A stretch of DNA of 61,116 bases, counting the filler, from Dirinaria sp. TL-2023a (Eukaryota), in the NCBI GenBank assembly GCA_051941275.1. It is 3 parts of 3 records of this genome, joined end to end, with 100 filler letters (N's around TTAATTAATTAA, not from the genome) between each part and the next. Parts side by side here need not be neighbours in the genome. Positions count along the whole stretch, not along the records: positions 40,826 to 61,116 come from JAVEBF010000294.1; 2 more parts are not named here. One strand, 5' to 3'. The notes below the pieces were generated by a model. The model was given only the letters and a program-made list of their open reading frames with translations. It was not told the origin of the DNA and did not search any database. Position numbers and translations under genes: made by a program. Position 1 is the stretch's first letter. Every line of letters begins with the position of its first letter. Below are positions 47,192-60,006 of this stretch, piece after piece.

Positions 47192-48493
47192 TCATGTCAA
47201 GCCCATATCCTGCGCCCAATTTATGAGAGCAGCCGCATCGGATTCATCTTCGTCAGGATCATCGGGCATTATGGCGGCTGGCTCGGTTGGGTCTGGGAAC
47301 CGAAGATCCCCCTCTAGTTCTACAAGGCTTGGTGGGGCCTGAAACCACTCTTGTATTACCGCGGCACTCTTATGCCAACGAGACATAATAGCTCTTTCAT
47401 CCCGCTCGCATTCGTTGCGATCCGCCGCATCGTATCCATCCTCATCTTGGTTATGAGGAATCACGGCGTGTGACTCGGATGGGTCTGGAAACTGAAAATC
47501 CCCCTCAAGTTCTGCTACGGGGCTTCCTAGACCCTGAAACCACACCTGTGTTGCCGGCGGACTTCCTAGACCAACTACGGCACCCTCTTGCCAACAAGAC
47601 ATAATAGATCCTTCCTCGCGCTCGTACTTGGTGCGATCCCAGCGGGCACCATCCTCACCCTCAGGATCGAGTCCAAGGTAATCCTCTATCAGCGCAGATG
47701 CCGCCGATGTATGCGCTGGGTTATCGGGCCAGATCCCTGCATTATGCCGATTGGAAAGTCGATGGTTTGTCTCGCGACCATAAAAGCTCAGGATTGAGTC
47801 TCGTATAGACTGGGTAGACACAGCAGTAGGTACGATAGTAATCGACATGCGCTTTCTGGCGATATCAGAAGCATCATCCTCGGGATCAAGAAGCTGCTCC
47901 TCGAGCTGTTGTAGTCGTTGCACGTATGAGTTGCTGAGAACTGATAGTCGTTGAGCCTGGATGTTTCGTTCCTCCATAGTCCTCTCGAATTCTGCCCCGG
48001 AAGAACTGTTTGGGTTCGCCTCCGGGGTGTCGAGCGCGACGGATCGGTTTTGCGCGCAGGCTGTCTGCAATGTCATCATGAGCAGAAGATTGATCTTCAT
48101 GCCATCCACACGAGTTTGAAGGTAATTCAATTCAGATGTTTGGAATGCCCATCTGGTTTTGCCGAGGAAGCCTATACTGCGGCCTGTTTCAGGCCCGGTG
48201 TAGAGGGCATCCCGGTATTTTTCAAGATCCGAGAATAAGTCCTCGCACTGGTTGACTATGCTGGCAATGATGGAATAAGCACCTGGATCGGCAGAAAATA
48301 GACCTTTCTTTAGCCCTCGCGTATATTGGTCAAGGATATCGCCCAGAGTCTGCAGCTCACGAGCAAATGACTCAATCTGTTTCCGGGCTTGTTTATATTT
48401 GCTTGCGAGATCGTAGACTGTCTTCGATAGCTTGATGGCCTCGCCAGCTAACGAAAAGAACGTTGCAAATTCGCCGATACCGGCCATGGCCAT
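47192..48493 (-). CDS. Protein with fungal HeLo-like/STAND-associated N-terminal helical domain and two C-terminal tandem repeats
   Basis: 433-aa ORF. The N-terminus FSLAGEAIKLSKTVYDLASKYKQARKQIESFARELQTL...IVNQCEDLFSDL...KTRWAFQTSELNYLQTRVDGMKINLLLMM fits the Helo_like_N pattern. No NACHT or NB-ARC motifs. Confidence 0.72.
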   Translation of the reverse strand: MAMAGIGEFATFFSLAGEAIKLSKTVYDLASKYKQARKQIESFARELQTLGDILDQYTRGLKKGLFSADPGAYSIIASIVNQCEDLFSDLEKYRDALYTGPETGRSIGFLGKTRWAFQTSELNYLQTRVDGMKINLLLMMTLQTACAQNRSVALDTPEANPNSSSGAEFERTMEERNIQAQRLSVLSNSYVQRLQQLEEQLLDPEDDASDIARKRMSITIVPTAVSTQSIRDSILSFYGRETNHRLSNRHNAGIWPDNPAHTSAASALIEDYLGLDPEGEDGARWDRTKYEREEGSIMSCWQEGAVVGLGSPPATQVWFQGLGSPVAELEGDFQFPDPSESHAVIPHNQDEDGYDAADRNECERDERAIMSRWHKSAAVIQEWFQAPPSLVELEGDLRFPDPTEPAAIMPDDPDEDESDAAALINWAQDMGLT

Positions 48494-49689
48494 GGTGCAG
48501 GATTAGGCCGATACTGCCCGTTGGTCTTTGACTTGCTTTCCAGCGGATAGAAAGTAACAACGTAGTCTCGAGGAAGGAGCGACATATTTGCATAATGGAA
48601 TGCGGTGACACAGCATCACAGCCTCGCAAGAGTCATGCAGACACGAAGGGGGCTGATGGAGGGCGCAACCTGTGCATTGTTATTATATTGGGTGGCTCAC
48701 TTGCCTGTTTGGGTTGGACTAGTGCAATCTAGATCATCTCAGCGTATCTCCGATTCGAATCGGAGGCTGCGAAAATGGTTTCTCCTGTTGTGTAACCTCA
48801 ACACCCTTGTCAGGAATCCCAATGAGGAAGAAATGCCAAGGGACTGTCGATCGGAAGGCGCCCAAAGAGTGAAATTCCATTTTTATCGGTGGCGAGAGAG
48901 AGCCGAAAGAGAGCGTGTCCGTTGAGTGTGGCTACCTTGTTGTGACTCTATGATGATGACATGAGAATTGTCATCTATTCCGATTTGATTATCTCGCGGT
49001 GCAATATTTTCTTCGGGTCTGCGAAAACCGACTTTCATCATGTTTGCAGTGCGCGAGAGCTGCTAGCTGTGACCTACCTAAGGTACGTGGTAAGAACGAG
49101 AACTGCAAGGCTCTCGCGTCAATCCAACTTAGGGTTTTTCTGACATCTCTGTCGGGTTGTAATGAGAAAAGCAATGCTTCCAAATTCAAAAGACAGTCCC
49201 AGGTAACAAATCTGATTGTCAGTCAAAAAGCCGGGGTGCAGGAGATTGCGCTAACCAGATTTAGAGTTCCGATGGACCCCTGTCGGATTGCGGTATTGAG
49301 GAGAATAATGATTTTCGATCAAAAGATAGTACTCTCGTCAAAAGCGGTGGTCAACCAAGAAGAACAGCAGAACTCTCAGGCTATTTCGATTTGAATTCTT
49401 GCTGCATCTTTGCCGAGTTGTAATAAAAAAAAGGTTTCGAGATTCAAATGACGGTCCAGTCAAAACCCGATTGAAGCACTTTTTAGGTTCGACCTGGATA
49501 TCATGGCATAGAAAAACACTAGGATCTCGTGCCTGATCACCACCATCATCATAGAAGAGGTCAGATGATGGATCAGGTACATAGTGAGGTATTCAATGTA
49601 TCCAAAATCGTACGTGAATCTGATGCTGCGTTGGGAAATCATAAGGCCCAAAGGCTGCTCAATACACTAAGATGACACTGCGTAGGTCC

Positions 49690-50096
49690 GAGGGTGGGTG
49701 ACACTAATGATGGCCAAGCGAAATCTCTCCAATATCCTTCAAAAAATCATAAGTCAACCAAACCTGCTTTAAAACGCAGAAAAAAAACTTTCCTATTTAA
49801 AACAGTCATCATACACATTGTCATGCGAAATTAAATTTGAAATAGCGCAGCAATCGTGGTCAGAAATAAGACAGATTTATTGTTAGATGCTCTAAGCTAA
49901 TACCGCAATATAATTCTTCAAACCCAGTGATGCAGTGCTTCTAAAGACGTCAAGATAATTACAGTAGCTTCTAGAATACTATTTATCTTTACTATCATGA
50001 TCGTAGAGACATAATTCATGTAATTGCGTTGATGGTAGACGCAAATATGCTGGTCCTGCAAATTTTGCTTGGCCATCATTAGTGTTACCGTCCCTC
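49690..50096. mobile_element. MITE, 407 bp, 35-bp TIRs, 5-bp TSD GGTCC
   Basis: Left TIR GAGGGTGGGTGACACTAATGATGGCCAAGCGAAAT (49690-49724) matches the reverse complement of 50062-50096 at 31 of 35 positions. GGTCC at 49685-49689 and 50097-50101. AT-rich non-coding interior. Confidence 0.88.
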
Positions 50097-50597
50097 GGTC
50101 CGTGTGCTTCTATGTGCCAAGCAAATCGAGTTTGCCCAAGCGCACCACGTTGGTAAAATTGGAACTAGACTTTGAGCAAACATAGATGATAAGGTCTTTC
50201 GGTGCGCCCCCTGTTTTGATCAAATACACTCCCAATTTCGATCTTCGCACTCCCCACTAAATCTAATCTTCGATTTTTCAGAGTTCAGATATGGTTGAGA
50301 TTCTGCTAAACCTCAGGTGTAGAAAGACCATCAATGGAGATCAAAAATTACTGCGTCTGATGCATTCAGAAATCGTCTAAACCTACGTCGTTGTCATGAT
50401 TTTAAGACAAATCATGGTATTTCGACTTTTGACATGGCAATCCGACTTTCCCATGACGCATAGTGCATGGAGGTCAGCCATACACCTAGTCAGCGGCTCG
50501 ATCATGAAGGGATGCGATGACGATATGTCAGTTTGTGCTGTAGCTGCCTCTGAAGCCAGTGTAGGGTCAATTGAGAAGACTGCTAAAGATCAATTGT

Positions 50598-50980
50598 AGA
50601 AGCACATGGAAGCGCCTCTAGAGTATAAAGAGCTGCCTTCAAGGACAGTGTGTGGCTGGTCGAATGATAAGGCCTAGATGCTCCAAGGTCATTATTAGCA
50701 GAAGCACACGGAATGCATCCAGATCGTACGGAGGTGCTTCCGAAGACGAAATGTGATTGGTCGAATAAGAGGCCTAAAGGGATGGCCCAATGTCGTTATT
50801 AGTAGAAGCATACGGAGGTTCCTCCGGAGGCAGTGTATAGTTCGTTGAAAGTCGCCTAGCAGGACCGCCCAAGATCATTGGAAGAAGCATGCGGTGGTTA
50901 CTTTAAGCGTGCTTAGGTACCTCCGAAGGCGAAGTTTGGTTGATTGAATAGTGTCGCTTGGGGGATGGCTCAAGATTAAT
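50598..50980 (-). repeat. Four degenerate 80-105 bp tandem repeats, probably a decayed repeat-coding region
   Basis: Units start AGAAGCAYAYGG-like at about 50598, 50700, 50804 and 50883. The minus strand gives recurring PPYASxNNDLGPS...YSTNHT peptides broken by stops and frameshifts. Confidence 0.65.
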
Positions 50981-51465
50981 TGCACGTGCTGAAAGGTAAG
51001 ATAGCTTTCCTAGGCTCTTCTCCTTGCTTCTGTACCTTGTTCGTCGTGTACAATAGTTTTGGCCAGAACATCAAAGACATACTGCTAGTGGCGAGCAGGC
51101 GCAGAAGTAAGTCCTTCCACATTTTTCTTGAACGCCGCTGGGTACCATTACGGTTTTTGAAGATTACGCCCATCACTCCGCTCTCGCGTGTTTCAACAGC
51201 GTCATCGCCTCTTGTTCGTCTTTATCTTATTGCCATTCAACCAACAGATCGAGGATCATCATAAACTCTTTATCGCTGCTATTACCCACTGCATTGCAAG
51301 TGTTCAGACGATACATTGAGCACCTCGCTGGTGTGTGTAATTTCTCAGCACCGCTGGGGTCTGCTTGCTAGACTTTTTGCTACCTATATACGCGCGCCTA
51401 CTAAGCCTGGAGAAGAGATATACACGTCGCATTGACTTGGTCTAAGCCATGCCGAGACTGATGGC

Positions 51466-52430
51466 TTATTCTAAAGTGTAATCTGGAAAGTAATGGTCAT
51501 GAATCCTTCGGGCGTAATCGACTACTATGGGGAAGCTTTTCACCAGCTCCCGGGTTTTGGGCGCCCTAGCAAGAACGATCAGTAGAGGCCTAAGCTACAG
51601 CGACGGCAAGAGACACGCACGCGGTGCAAGCCAGTGCAGAAGCGATGAAGCCAAATAGGACAGCATCTGCTTCAGAAGGCCCACTACCACCTAAAACCCA
51701 AAACATTGCGCCTTTGACGCCGCGCTTGGCCAGCTTATCTTTCGACGCAGTTAGAAGTGCATTGACGTTCTCCCAAACCTCGAGCTTGAAAGAGTCAATC
51801 TCGTCGACCGACAAACGGCCGGTGCCTTGGCCATACAAAGTCTGGCGCTGGCTACGGTATGCGAGAAGACCGACAACTACCTGGATAGGGTAAGGCAACG
51901 CTGATAGAACTTGCGAACGCATAGTGTAATAATTCTCATGCCATCTTTCGTAATTCTGCGGATGTGTCAACCAAGAAATATTTAAATGAAACAGAGGCGA
52001 GGCAGGATTCTGGGCAACCGCAAAATACGCGGAAGAACGAGAGACGGCTTACTTGGTAGAAGTAGAGCTTGTCTTCGAGCAGAGCTCGAATTGCTAGATC
52101 GTGGGCTTTCTCCGTTGCCGAGAGGTTGCTGTTAAGGTCATGCAGAATACCGTCTGCAATCAATTTCTCGATAATGAGTGTAGAATCTCCGATCTTTGAC
52201 TGAGTAGCGGGGTCTTGGCCCGCACCATCGTTCTCTGTTGTCAGTGAGATGTAGGGGATCTTGCCCCTTGGAGCTTCCCTTGGCGATCCGGCTTCAGCGC
52301 GGTAGGAAAGTCCACCAAATCGTAATCGTGCTTCGAGTTTAGTGACGAATGGAGACCAGACATATGCACCTGGCGCTTTCCACCCACGATACAGTGTGAT
52401 AGTGGGCCGCGTGGTGGGATTGGGGCCCAT
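51466..52430 (-). CDS. Glutathione S-transferase-like protein, FAX/metaxin-like family (3 exons)
   Basis: Exons 52430-52053, 51955-51621 and 51565-51466. Motifs WSPFVTKLEARLRF, APRGKIPYI, IGDSTLII, LLEDKLYFY, GPSEADAVLFGFIAS, DYARRIHDHYFPDY. Confidence 0.9.
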
Positions 52431-54557
52431 TGCAACAAGTGAAGGCTAATGAAAAGCGCGAAACGTTGGTAAATTTGTTCAGAATGCAAACAGGCTACTC
52501 ACAAATGGATGGGTGGATGAAAACAACGATCTCAGTCAGGTAATACGCGAGATATCTAGGTACCTTTACCGACATCGACATAAAGTACGGTAGCGCGTAC
52601 ATAAGGTAGTCTTCGGGACCTAACCACAATCTGTCAATCTGCGGGGTCGACTAGGTTGTCCGTGTTTATTTTACTTAAAGTAGTTTTGTTGCGCGTATCG
52701 GATTTTTGAGAGACACTCCAATCCAGTCTCTGAAACAAGACGGGTGCGGTATGTTGTGATCTGCATAGTATCGTTTAGAGCGTTCAGCTGCAAAGGCAAA
52801 GAGCTACTGTAGCCGCGCATCAGAAGAATTTTTGAAGATGAGTCATATCGAGCCTCACAGCCATGCGCAATGCAGCGACTGCGCTTATAATTGCTGCCGA
52901 CAAACGCAGATGATGTGAAGAACGCTACCTACCTTGTGGGCCGTCTGTCTTAGGTATCTAGCGCAGTTGCCTTGTTTTTCAGGCGCACCATCCAAGATCA
53001 CGTCGACCATCACATTTTCTCGCATCTATTGACGAGATCATAGGCGGGTTTTTTGGGAGGCCTGGGTATGCCTTAGATAGCACATTGGGCTGTTTTTGGG
53101 TGATAATTCTAGGTGCCTTCGGTCCCCGGCGACCCGTAGCTAGCACCTGTGGGGAAGGCGCAAGTAGCTTCAGTCTTGGCGCCAACTACCCTTAACGCTA
53201 CTGCGAGCTTTTTAAGAGGTAATAATCACCAACGAAGTCGAGAAAAGAACCTGCAATGTGGATAAGATCTTCTGCTTCTAACTTTGGTTCAAGACGACTG
53301 CCTATAGAATCGGTAGGCGGCCCTGGTGCTGGTAAATCACGGCGTTCATAAGTGTATACTGCAATTGTTGGCCTAAAGCAGCATGCGCGCGGAAGTTCAG
53401 TTGGAAGACGCTGTCGACTATTCGACTCTTTGACCGCTTGGTATGAGCTTGAAGAGGCTGGTATTGATGGGTATCGTGCTATACATGCCCAGGCATGATC
53501 CAGTCGCGCACACTCGTCGGACCTCAGGTCCTCCATTATTGACGAAATCGTCGAGTTAAGCATAACTTGAGGTTATGCAGCTGCATCAGAGATTCTGTGA
53601 TATGTGGCCACAGTGATAGCTACTGTAAACACTAAAGCCTAGCTCAACTTGTACGACAGCGTCCGGTTGAGTGCGTAGCATTTGCGCTCTAAGCCCTTTC
53701 TTCACTCGTGTCTCTTGTCCTTCATGGACCTACAGCACTGTCCAGTGCTGCCCTGGTCTACACTTTCATGTCGGCAACCCACTACTTTGGTGCCAGCAAT
53801 TGAGCATGATTTTCCGGCGGATTAGGAACAGTGCCTCCCTTTCGTCTAGACAAGGTATGTTGTTGGAGTTTGGTGTCGCGGAACTTATCTATTTGGGGGT
53901 GTGCTTAGCCATATTCCAAGCTGGTCGAGATCATGGCAGCTACCTTGAAAAGAATCAGAGCCGGTCGAGCACCGAGTATTCTAATAGCATAGGTCGGTAG
54001 TCCAAAGTGGGTACACGGTTTAGGATCTGATTCAGAAGCATCACTACACCGTTCTGATAAATTGCCTCTGAATTAGCCGCATGATGTTGGCTGATTCATA
54101 GAGTTCATGTTCCGAATAATTTGTTTTCAGCCCGAGCGCTGGGAAAAAAGCACCCTTGCAGCAAACGATGTTGCTCGGCTTTTTCCTCGCGGTACGTTAT
54201 TACGAGAGTCGAAAGTTTCAAAAATTACCTAGCGCTCGTCCTGACACGGCCATGATTCACAGTCGCCATCGTCGTCAACGGCTACCAAGGGCCGCTTGAA
54301 AAATGAACTTATTTCTAACAACTTTGGATCCAATCTTGGTTCTAATGACTAGCATTGTCTAGAAGCAAAGTAAAGAGTGTCGTTCGCTAAAGCTGCATCG
54401 TCCTCCCCAAGCACTTACTCCGATTCCCTACCAAGAACTACCACACCAAGTGGTATTTCTCTAAAGCTTCCCTATCTACCGAGGCCTAGCCTGAAAGATA
54501 AATTGCTGATGCTCGGCGCAGCAAAATGTAGGGCCTCAGTAGCTTTGAGTTTTTGTA

Positions 54558-56643
54558 TCAGTGCTTTTCGTCAATGATCTGCTCTTCAGAAGATTGGTCT
54601 CTCACGTTGCCTTGGGGAACAAGACTAGGACCACGGCCGCTCCTACGTTTCAGACCAGTCTCAGGATCGATGATACTATTGCCACGCTGAGCAGCTTGCA
54701 CTAGCTCTGGATTCTGTGCCTTGAGCATTTCGTAAGTCTTTTCAGCCTCCCAATTCCACCAGGACGGGGACGCGAAGAGAAGATCCATTTCTTCGAGAGT
54801 TCGCTGATTGGATTCCGGGTACAAAGCCCAGACAACCGGTAAAGTAAGAATATTGACCGCGCCAAAGATGTAAAAGACTTTCTCGTTCAATCTTTGGAAC
54901 ATGACCGGCAGTAGAAGAGTCTATGATTGTGTCAGCTCTTCGCCAGCATAGACAGTCAATCTCACTTACAGTCCAGCCGTTACCGACGCACCAGCCTAGT
55001 ACTCCCCACGCGTTGCCCTTGGCTCTCATCTGCAACGGAAAGATCTCGGCAGGATAAAGCCAAGGGATGGTAAGCCAGGTAGCCCCAAATCCGGCAGTAA
55101 AAACAAAGGTAAAGGATGCAGCTGCAGCACCGTACTGCCCTGCTTTGGCCTGGTCATCTTGGTTGTTGATTGCGGCTCTTGAAAACCCCCCTGATAGAAA
55201 CATCGCAATGCCCATGACTATTGAGCCCAAGTACAGAGACTTGCGACGTCCAAGGTGATCTAGCGTGAAAACCGCAAACAAGGTAGAGAACTTTCGGTTC
55301 ATTAGCACCTATCGACAGTGTCGAATGACTGACACTTACCATGTAGGTAATGTCATTCACACCAGCCAGCCAGCGAGCTTTCTGGCCGGAATATCCGGCT
55401 TGCCCGAAGATGTTGTTTGCATCTAAAGGTGAGAACGTCAATAAACCTACACAAAATAATGGAAACTGTAAGGCTTCTATCTTACAGATAGTTACTCCAG
55501 CAATGCCAATCCACTCTTGAAGGATCTGGAGCCAAACAACCAGTTGCACCCGACGGCCAATGTGAAGCGGTCCAGAAGTACCGCCTCCAATAGCCTTAGG
55601 CATAACATCCCAAAACATATGGAAGTAGCTGTTCACTTTGCCGGCTTTTCTCTCCATCTCGGCAACGTTTCTGATGTCTTGAAACTCGGCTTCAGCAATA
55701 CCATCGCTGCCGTCGTCACCACGGAGCCTTCCTAATATGTACCGAGCTTCTGCCTCTCGGCCAACCTTGACCAGCCATCGTGGAGATTCGGGAAAGAGCC
55801 ATACAACGGCAAATAGGAACAGCAGCGGGATAATTTGGAAGGCAATAGGGAAACGCCATACAAAAGGGCTGTAGCCGCCACCGGCATAAGAACATCCACT
55901 TTCAAGTGTTAGTCCACATCAGCGAGAAGAATGCGAATGTGCTTACAAGCCAAGCCAGTAGGCAACAACAACGCCGAAGATGTTAAGGAAGAACTCGATC
56001 GACACAAATTGGCCGCGAGAGGTGTGCGGCGCTGTTTCGGTTGACTGTTTCAGCTCAGCAAAAAGTCGTCAATGAACAAACATCAAGAATCCTTACCCAG
56101 ACTGGGACAATGACGTTGAGCATTCCCGTGCCGATGCCGTTGATTAGACGAGCTGTTGATCATAAGCCGGGAAAGCTGCATCTCAGAACCGTCGATCCTT
56201 ACCGCATATCATCCAATCAGAATTTTGAGCCGAGCATTGCAGGCTTGCTCCAAAGACACCGATGAGCGATCCAAGGCCGATTACCTTGATACGGCCAACC
56301 TTCTCTGCGATCCAGCCGCCGAGCAAGCAACCCACAAGGCAGCCAAGATAATAAACGGAGTTCTACCGTCGTTGAGCTTGTTTGACACAGAGCGACGGCA
56401 GAGAGAACTTACAATGCCGCCTTCGAGCAAGGTGTTATCAGTCACTGTCTGCGTTGTCCCAGGCTTCACGTGGCCGAACTTCATGACCTTCGTAACATAG
56501 TCAATGGAGACATTGACACTGCCCATCATCCCCTGATCGTAACCAAAAAAGAAGATCGCCAGACTGCCTACGCAGTTGATGGCGATCAGTAGAGCACGCT
56601 TTTCATAGCGATGGACAACGTTGAACCTCGATATCTGGTCCAT
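54558..56643 (-). CDS. MFS sugar porter family transporter (Stl1-like subgroup), multi-intron
   Basis: FFFGYDQG, KVGRIK, RLINGIGTG, ETAPHTSRG, WRFPIAFQ, FPESPRWL, QILQEWIGI, DHLGRR, PWLYPAEIFPLQMRAKG, YPESNQRTLEEMD. Several GT-AG introns. Confidence 0.95.
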
Positions 56644-58210
56644 GTTGACCAGGCTTTGGGCTCGTATGCCTCAGTAATACTAAGACCTAGTTGAATAGGA
56701 ACAAAAGTCAATGGGATAAGCGGAGATTGATAGTCTGAGCAACTTCGGCGGTTCGAGAGAAAGAAATTTGCCAGAGGAGTCTAGCAAGAATAAGAGTGTG
56801 CGACGCAAGGTCACTATATATGCGTGTGGGTCGTGCTGGCACCATATTCTCGAACAGATCGAGCTCGATGCAATCTCTATAGGAGCGCTACTGGATCTGC
56901 TCTGTGCCACGCACACGAAGGATTCTGAACATGTACTAGGATGTTTGCGGAAGTGACATTGCGAGACTCGTGTGAGGCTCGTGGAAGGACGCTAGAAGAC
57001 ACGAAGAAGCAGCTTGCAGAAGAAATTTGACTTGCGTGGGGTTATCTGCCGGCCAATCGCCGATGTCTAAGGATTGATGGCGGCAAGGCTGAGTTAGGGC
57101 ACGACTCATCGGGCAGTGATCACCTTAGGTGGTGAGCTATATGCACTCAAGCGAAGAGATGTCTCGATAAGGCGTCCCGACACGCGCAAGACTGAAGCAA
57201 GCGCTGCAGCCACTTCACAGGATGTTATAATGATCAACAGAATTGATCAATCTTCGGTTAGCATGCTGAAAAACCTCGACGTGGTGGCCGTTTTGCGAGA
57301 AGCGACTTGAGACACCACAGATGACGTACCGTTCCCAGGTTGTACACTCTCATTTGTCGTGTTGCGGTTTCAAAAATGATATAAAGTCCTGATCAAGGCC
57401 AATGGCATTAGTATTGGTCAATGTTAGTCGCTGCTTCCTTAGGCGGGCTCTGGATAGGACAAAAAAACATGTTGGACTGAAGGAATGGGTTTTATTATTT
57501 ACTGGGTGACTAGGATTCGGCTTCGAGTGTGCGTTCTGGAGAAGATCAGCTCAAGAGGAGATGCTCGGCAGCCAATCAGACCCCCTTCTTTTGTCTCTAA
57601 GTTTTAGCTGAATCAAACGGAGGTGCTAGTGGCCTGCACTAGCGTGCTCGAGCTGTCCGAACACCGAAAGCCGAAGCTTACCTGGACGACAGGTGGGAAA
57701 TGTATGGAGCGGCTAGCAGGAACAAGCCGTGATTGACGATCCAACGATCCAATACGCCTGCGGTCCGCAGACGATCCGCTGCAGAGTTTGCAGTACTTCA
57801 ACGTCATCAATGCTACGTACATGTACAGTACGCTGGAGACCCGTGGAATCGGATACCTTTGTCTCGTCTCCCATTCGCCGGTAGGCCTAACTTTCAAAGG
57901 GCAGATTTTGCGTCTGCCTAAACCTATTCGGGAAATTTTTGCGGCTGGCGCATCATCGAAGTCCGCCTTGCTGCTCCGTACAGCGCGTTTACAAATGGTT
58001 GCGGCTCTACTATTACTGATGCGCCCTAGGGTCACGTCTTTCCAGAGCGATTGCTGTTATTTCGCGAACCACTCTGCGTAGCTGGGAAGTAGTTTCGCAC
58101 GCAGAAGCACAAACAGTCAGACCATGGAAGCAACAGTAGGGAAAGACCTTGGCCTATAGTAAATCTCCGATTCAGTGTTGAGGAGACTGCATGCACTTTT
58201 CTGCAGGAGG

Positions 58211-60006
58211 ATGGTGAACAATGGCCCAAGTAAGGGCTGCGGGGAATGCCGAGCTCGCAAATTGAAGGTAGATGGGAAAGAAAACCCTTGTCGCTCGTGA
58301 GTGTTAACCTTGTGGTCTTGCTTTAGTGTGACGGAGAGAAACCTGTATGTCGTCGATGCAACAAGTTTAAGATCAAATGTAGTGGGTATGACATCTTTCG
58401 CGAGCGGAGAGAATTGGTGTGGATAGAGAACGCCCGCAGCTTCGGAAGGAAAAAGCCGAAGCGTAGGATATCAAAAGCCATTCTAGCTCAGAATAACATC
58501 GACGCACCGTTATCGCAGCCATCACCTCCCTATGGACTGGCTCAAGATCTTGAGCAGCAAGCAATCTGCTTCTTTTTTCTCACCGTCTATCCACAGCTAC
58601 CAGGGTACTACACAGATGAGCTTCCACTTGCTTACAGCCGCGAGAGGCATTCTTCTATCTTGTCCACAGCGACTGCTGCGCTTGCCCTCAGCTTTACTTC
58701 GCTTGACCCTCAACAAGTACACTTCAATTCATATGCTATCTCTAAATATGCCGAATGCGTTCGACTCGTAAGGCAAGCCGCCAACGACGCTGAAGCAATC
58801 AACTCCGATGCTTTCTTAATGGCAATATGTGTGCTGGGCTCTTGGGAGGTGAATCCATACTTTGCACTTTGAGATCCTGGGGAAAATACTCAAGCTCCAC
58901 AGCATTCAAGATCGTTAGCTTTGGAGCCTTGTGCAACACGACGCCATCTCGATGGCGCAATCGCAGTAGTGAGATCCCGGTCAAAAGATTCATTCTCATC
59001 GCGACTATCTCAACAGCTTCTCATGTTTATACAAGCTCAAGTGGTAAGCTCTGGAAATGATCAGAGTCAGACAGTGTAGAGCTGATACATAAGCTAGGTA
59101 TACGACTGTGTGGCTACTGCGAACCCTGAGCTTTTGGATAACTTTATGGATATATCCAACGAGCTCTTGTCCGAGGAATTTGTCCATCTGAACCAGGGCG
59201 TCTACTCTGACTTTTACACCTTATCAGATAAGGTCAGGCCCCTTCCAGGACTTCGGGCACGAGAAAAAGAGCTTTTCAATTGTACCCATCTTGATAAAGA
59301 TCTCGCTTTAAAGGCATCAATCCTGTTGATCGATGCCAAGCGGGAATATGAACAGCTCTTCGAATGGCCTGCTGAACACCCACGGAGACATCCATGCAGA
59401 TCTTATCCTTTGAGCAAGAGCAAGGACAATGGAAGTGACGCGATGTACCCAAACAGGATCGACATTTACTGTGATACGACTCAAGCGACCATGTGCAACT
59501 CGTGGCACATTGCTCAGGTCCTGCTGCTCACAATCATCGCCAACGCTGCAACAATGCTACTCTTATCTGCGTCCAAAAAATCTACGAGGTCTTCTCTGTC
59601 GACGGAGGTAGAGCACGCGGAGCATCTGATACGGCAGCACATCGATGACTTCTGCTCCACCATCCCTTACATCCTATACCCCGGCCGCATCGAAGAAGTT
59701 ACACGTCATTATCCTCACGGGCCAAACTGGGCGTCTTTGCCAAAAGACCTGGGTCCAGAAGCGATTGCTGGCATGTCCCAATTGAAGAAGACTCTGGAGG
59801 TGGCATCACAGGCCCGCGGCGTGCCGCGAAGCCAGAAACAGTGGATGCAGCAGTATCTAACGCTTCTGTCGAGAAACCGCAGTCAGGACCAGGAAAAAGC
59901 CTCGAGGCTGGAATTGACCTCGATAGGGGATAACCAAAAGGAGGAGCATTATTCGGTAATACAGCTGCAGCCTGATAGTTCTTCAGAGCGAAGGTTACGG
60001 GTCTAA
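58211..60006 (+). CDS. Zn(II)2Cys6 transcription factor with fungal-specific middle domain (4 exons)
   Basis: Exon 1 58211-58267 and exon 2 from 58327 give GCGECRARKLK|CDGEKPVCRRCNKFKIKCSGY. Later exons contain EQQAICFF, HLDGAIAVV and DDFCSTIPY. The final exon is 59098-60006. Confidence 0.92.

Noticed and set aside
50598..50980. CRISPR-like array
   Set aside because: Eukaryotic context, whole units are homologous and degenerate, no unique spacers and no cas genes.
52979..53563. Two consecutive minus-strand ORFs (121 and 68 aa)
   Set aside because: No recognisable domain or splice support; possibly a relic but unsupported.
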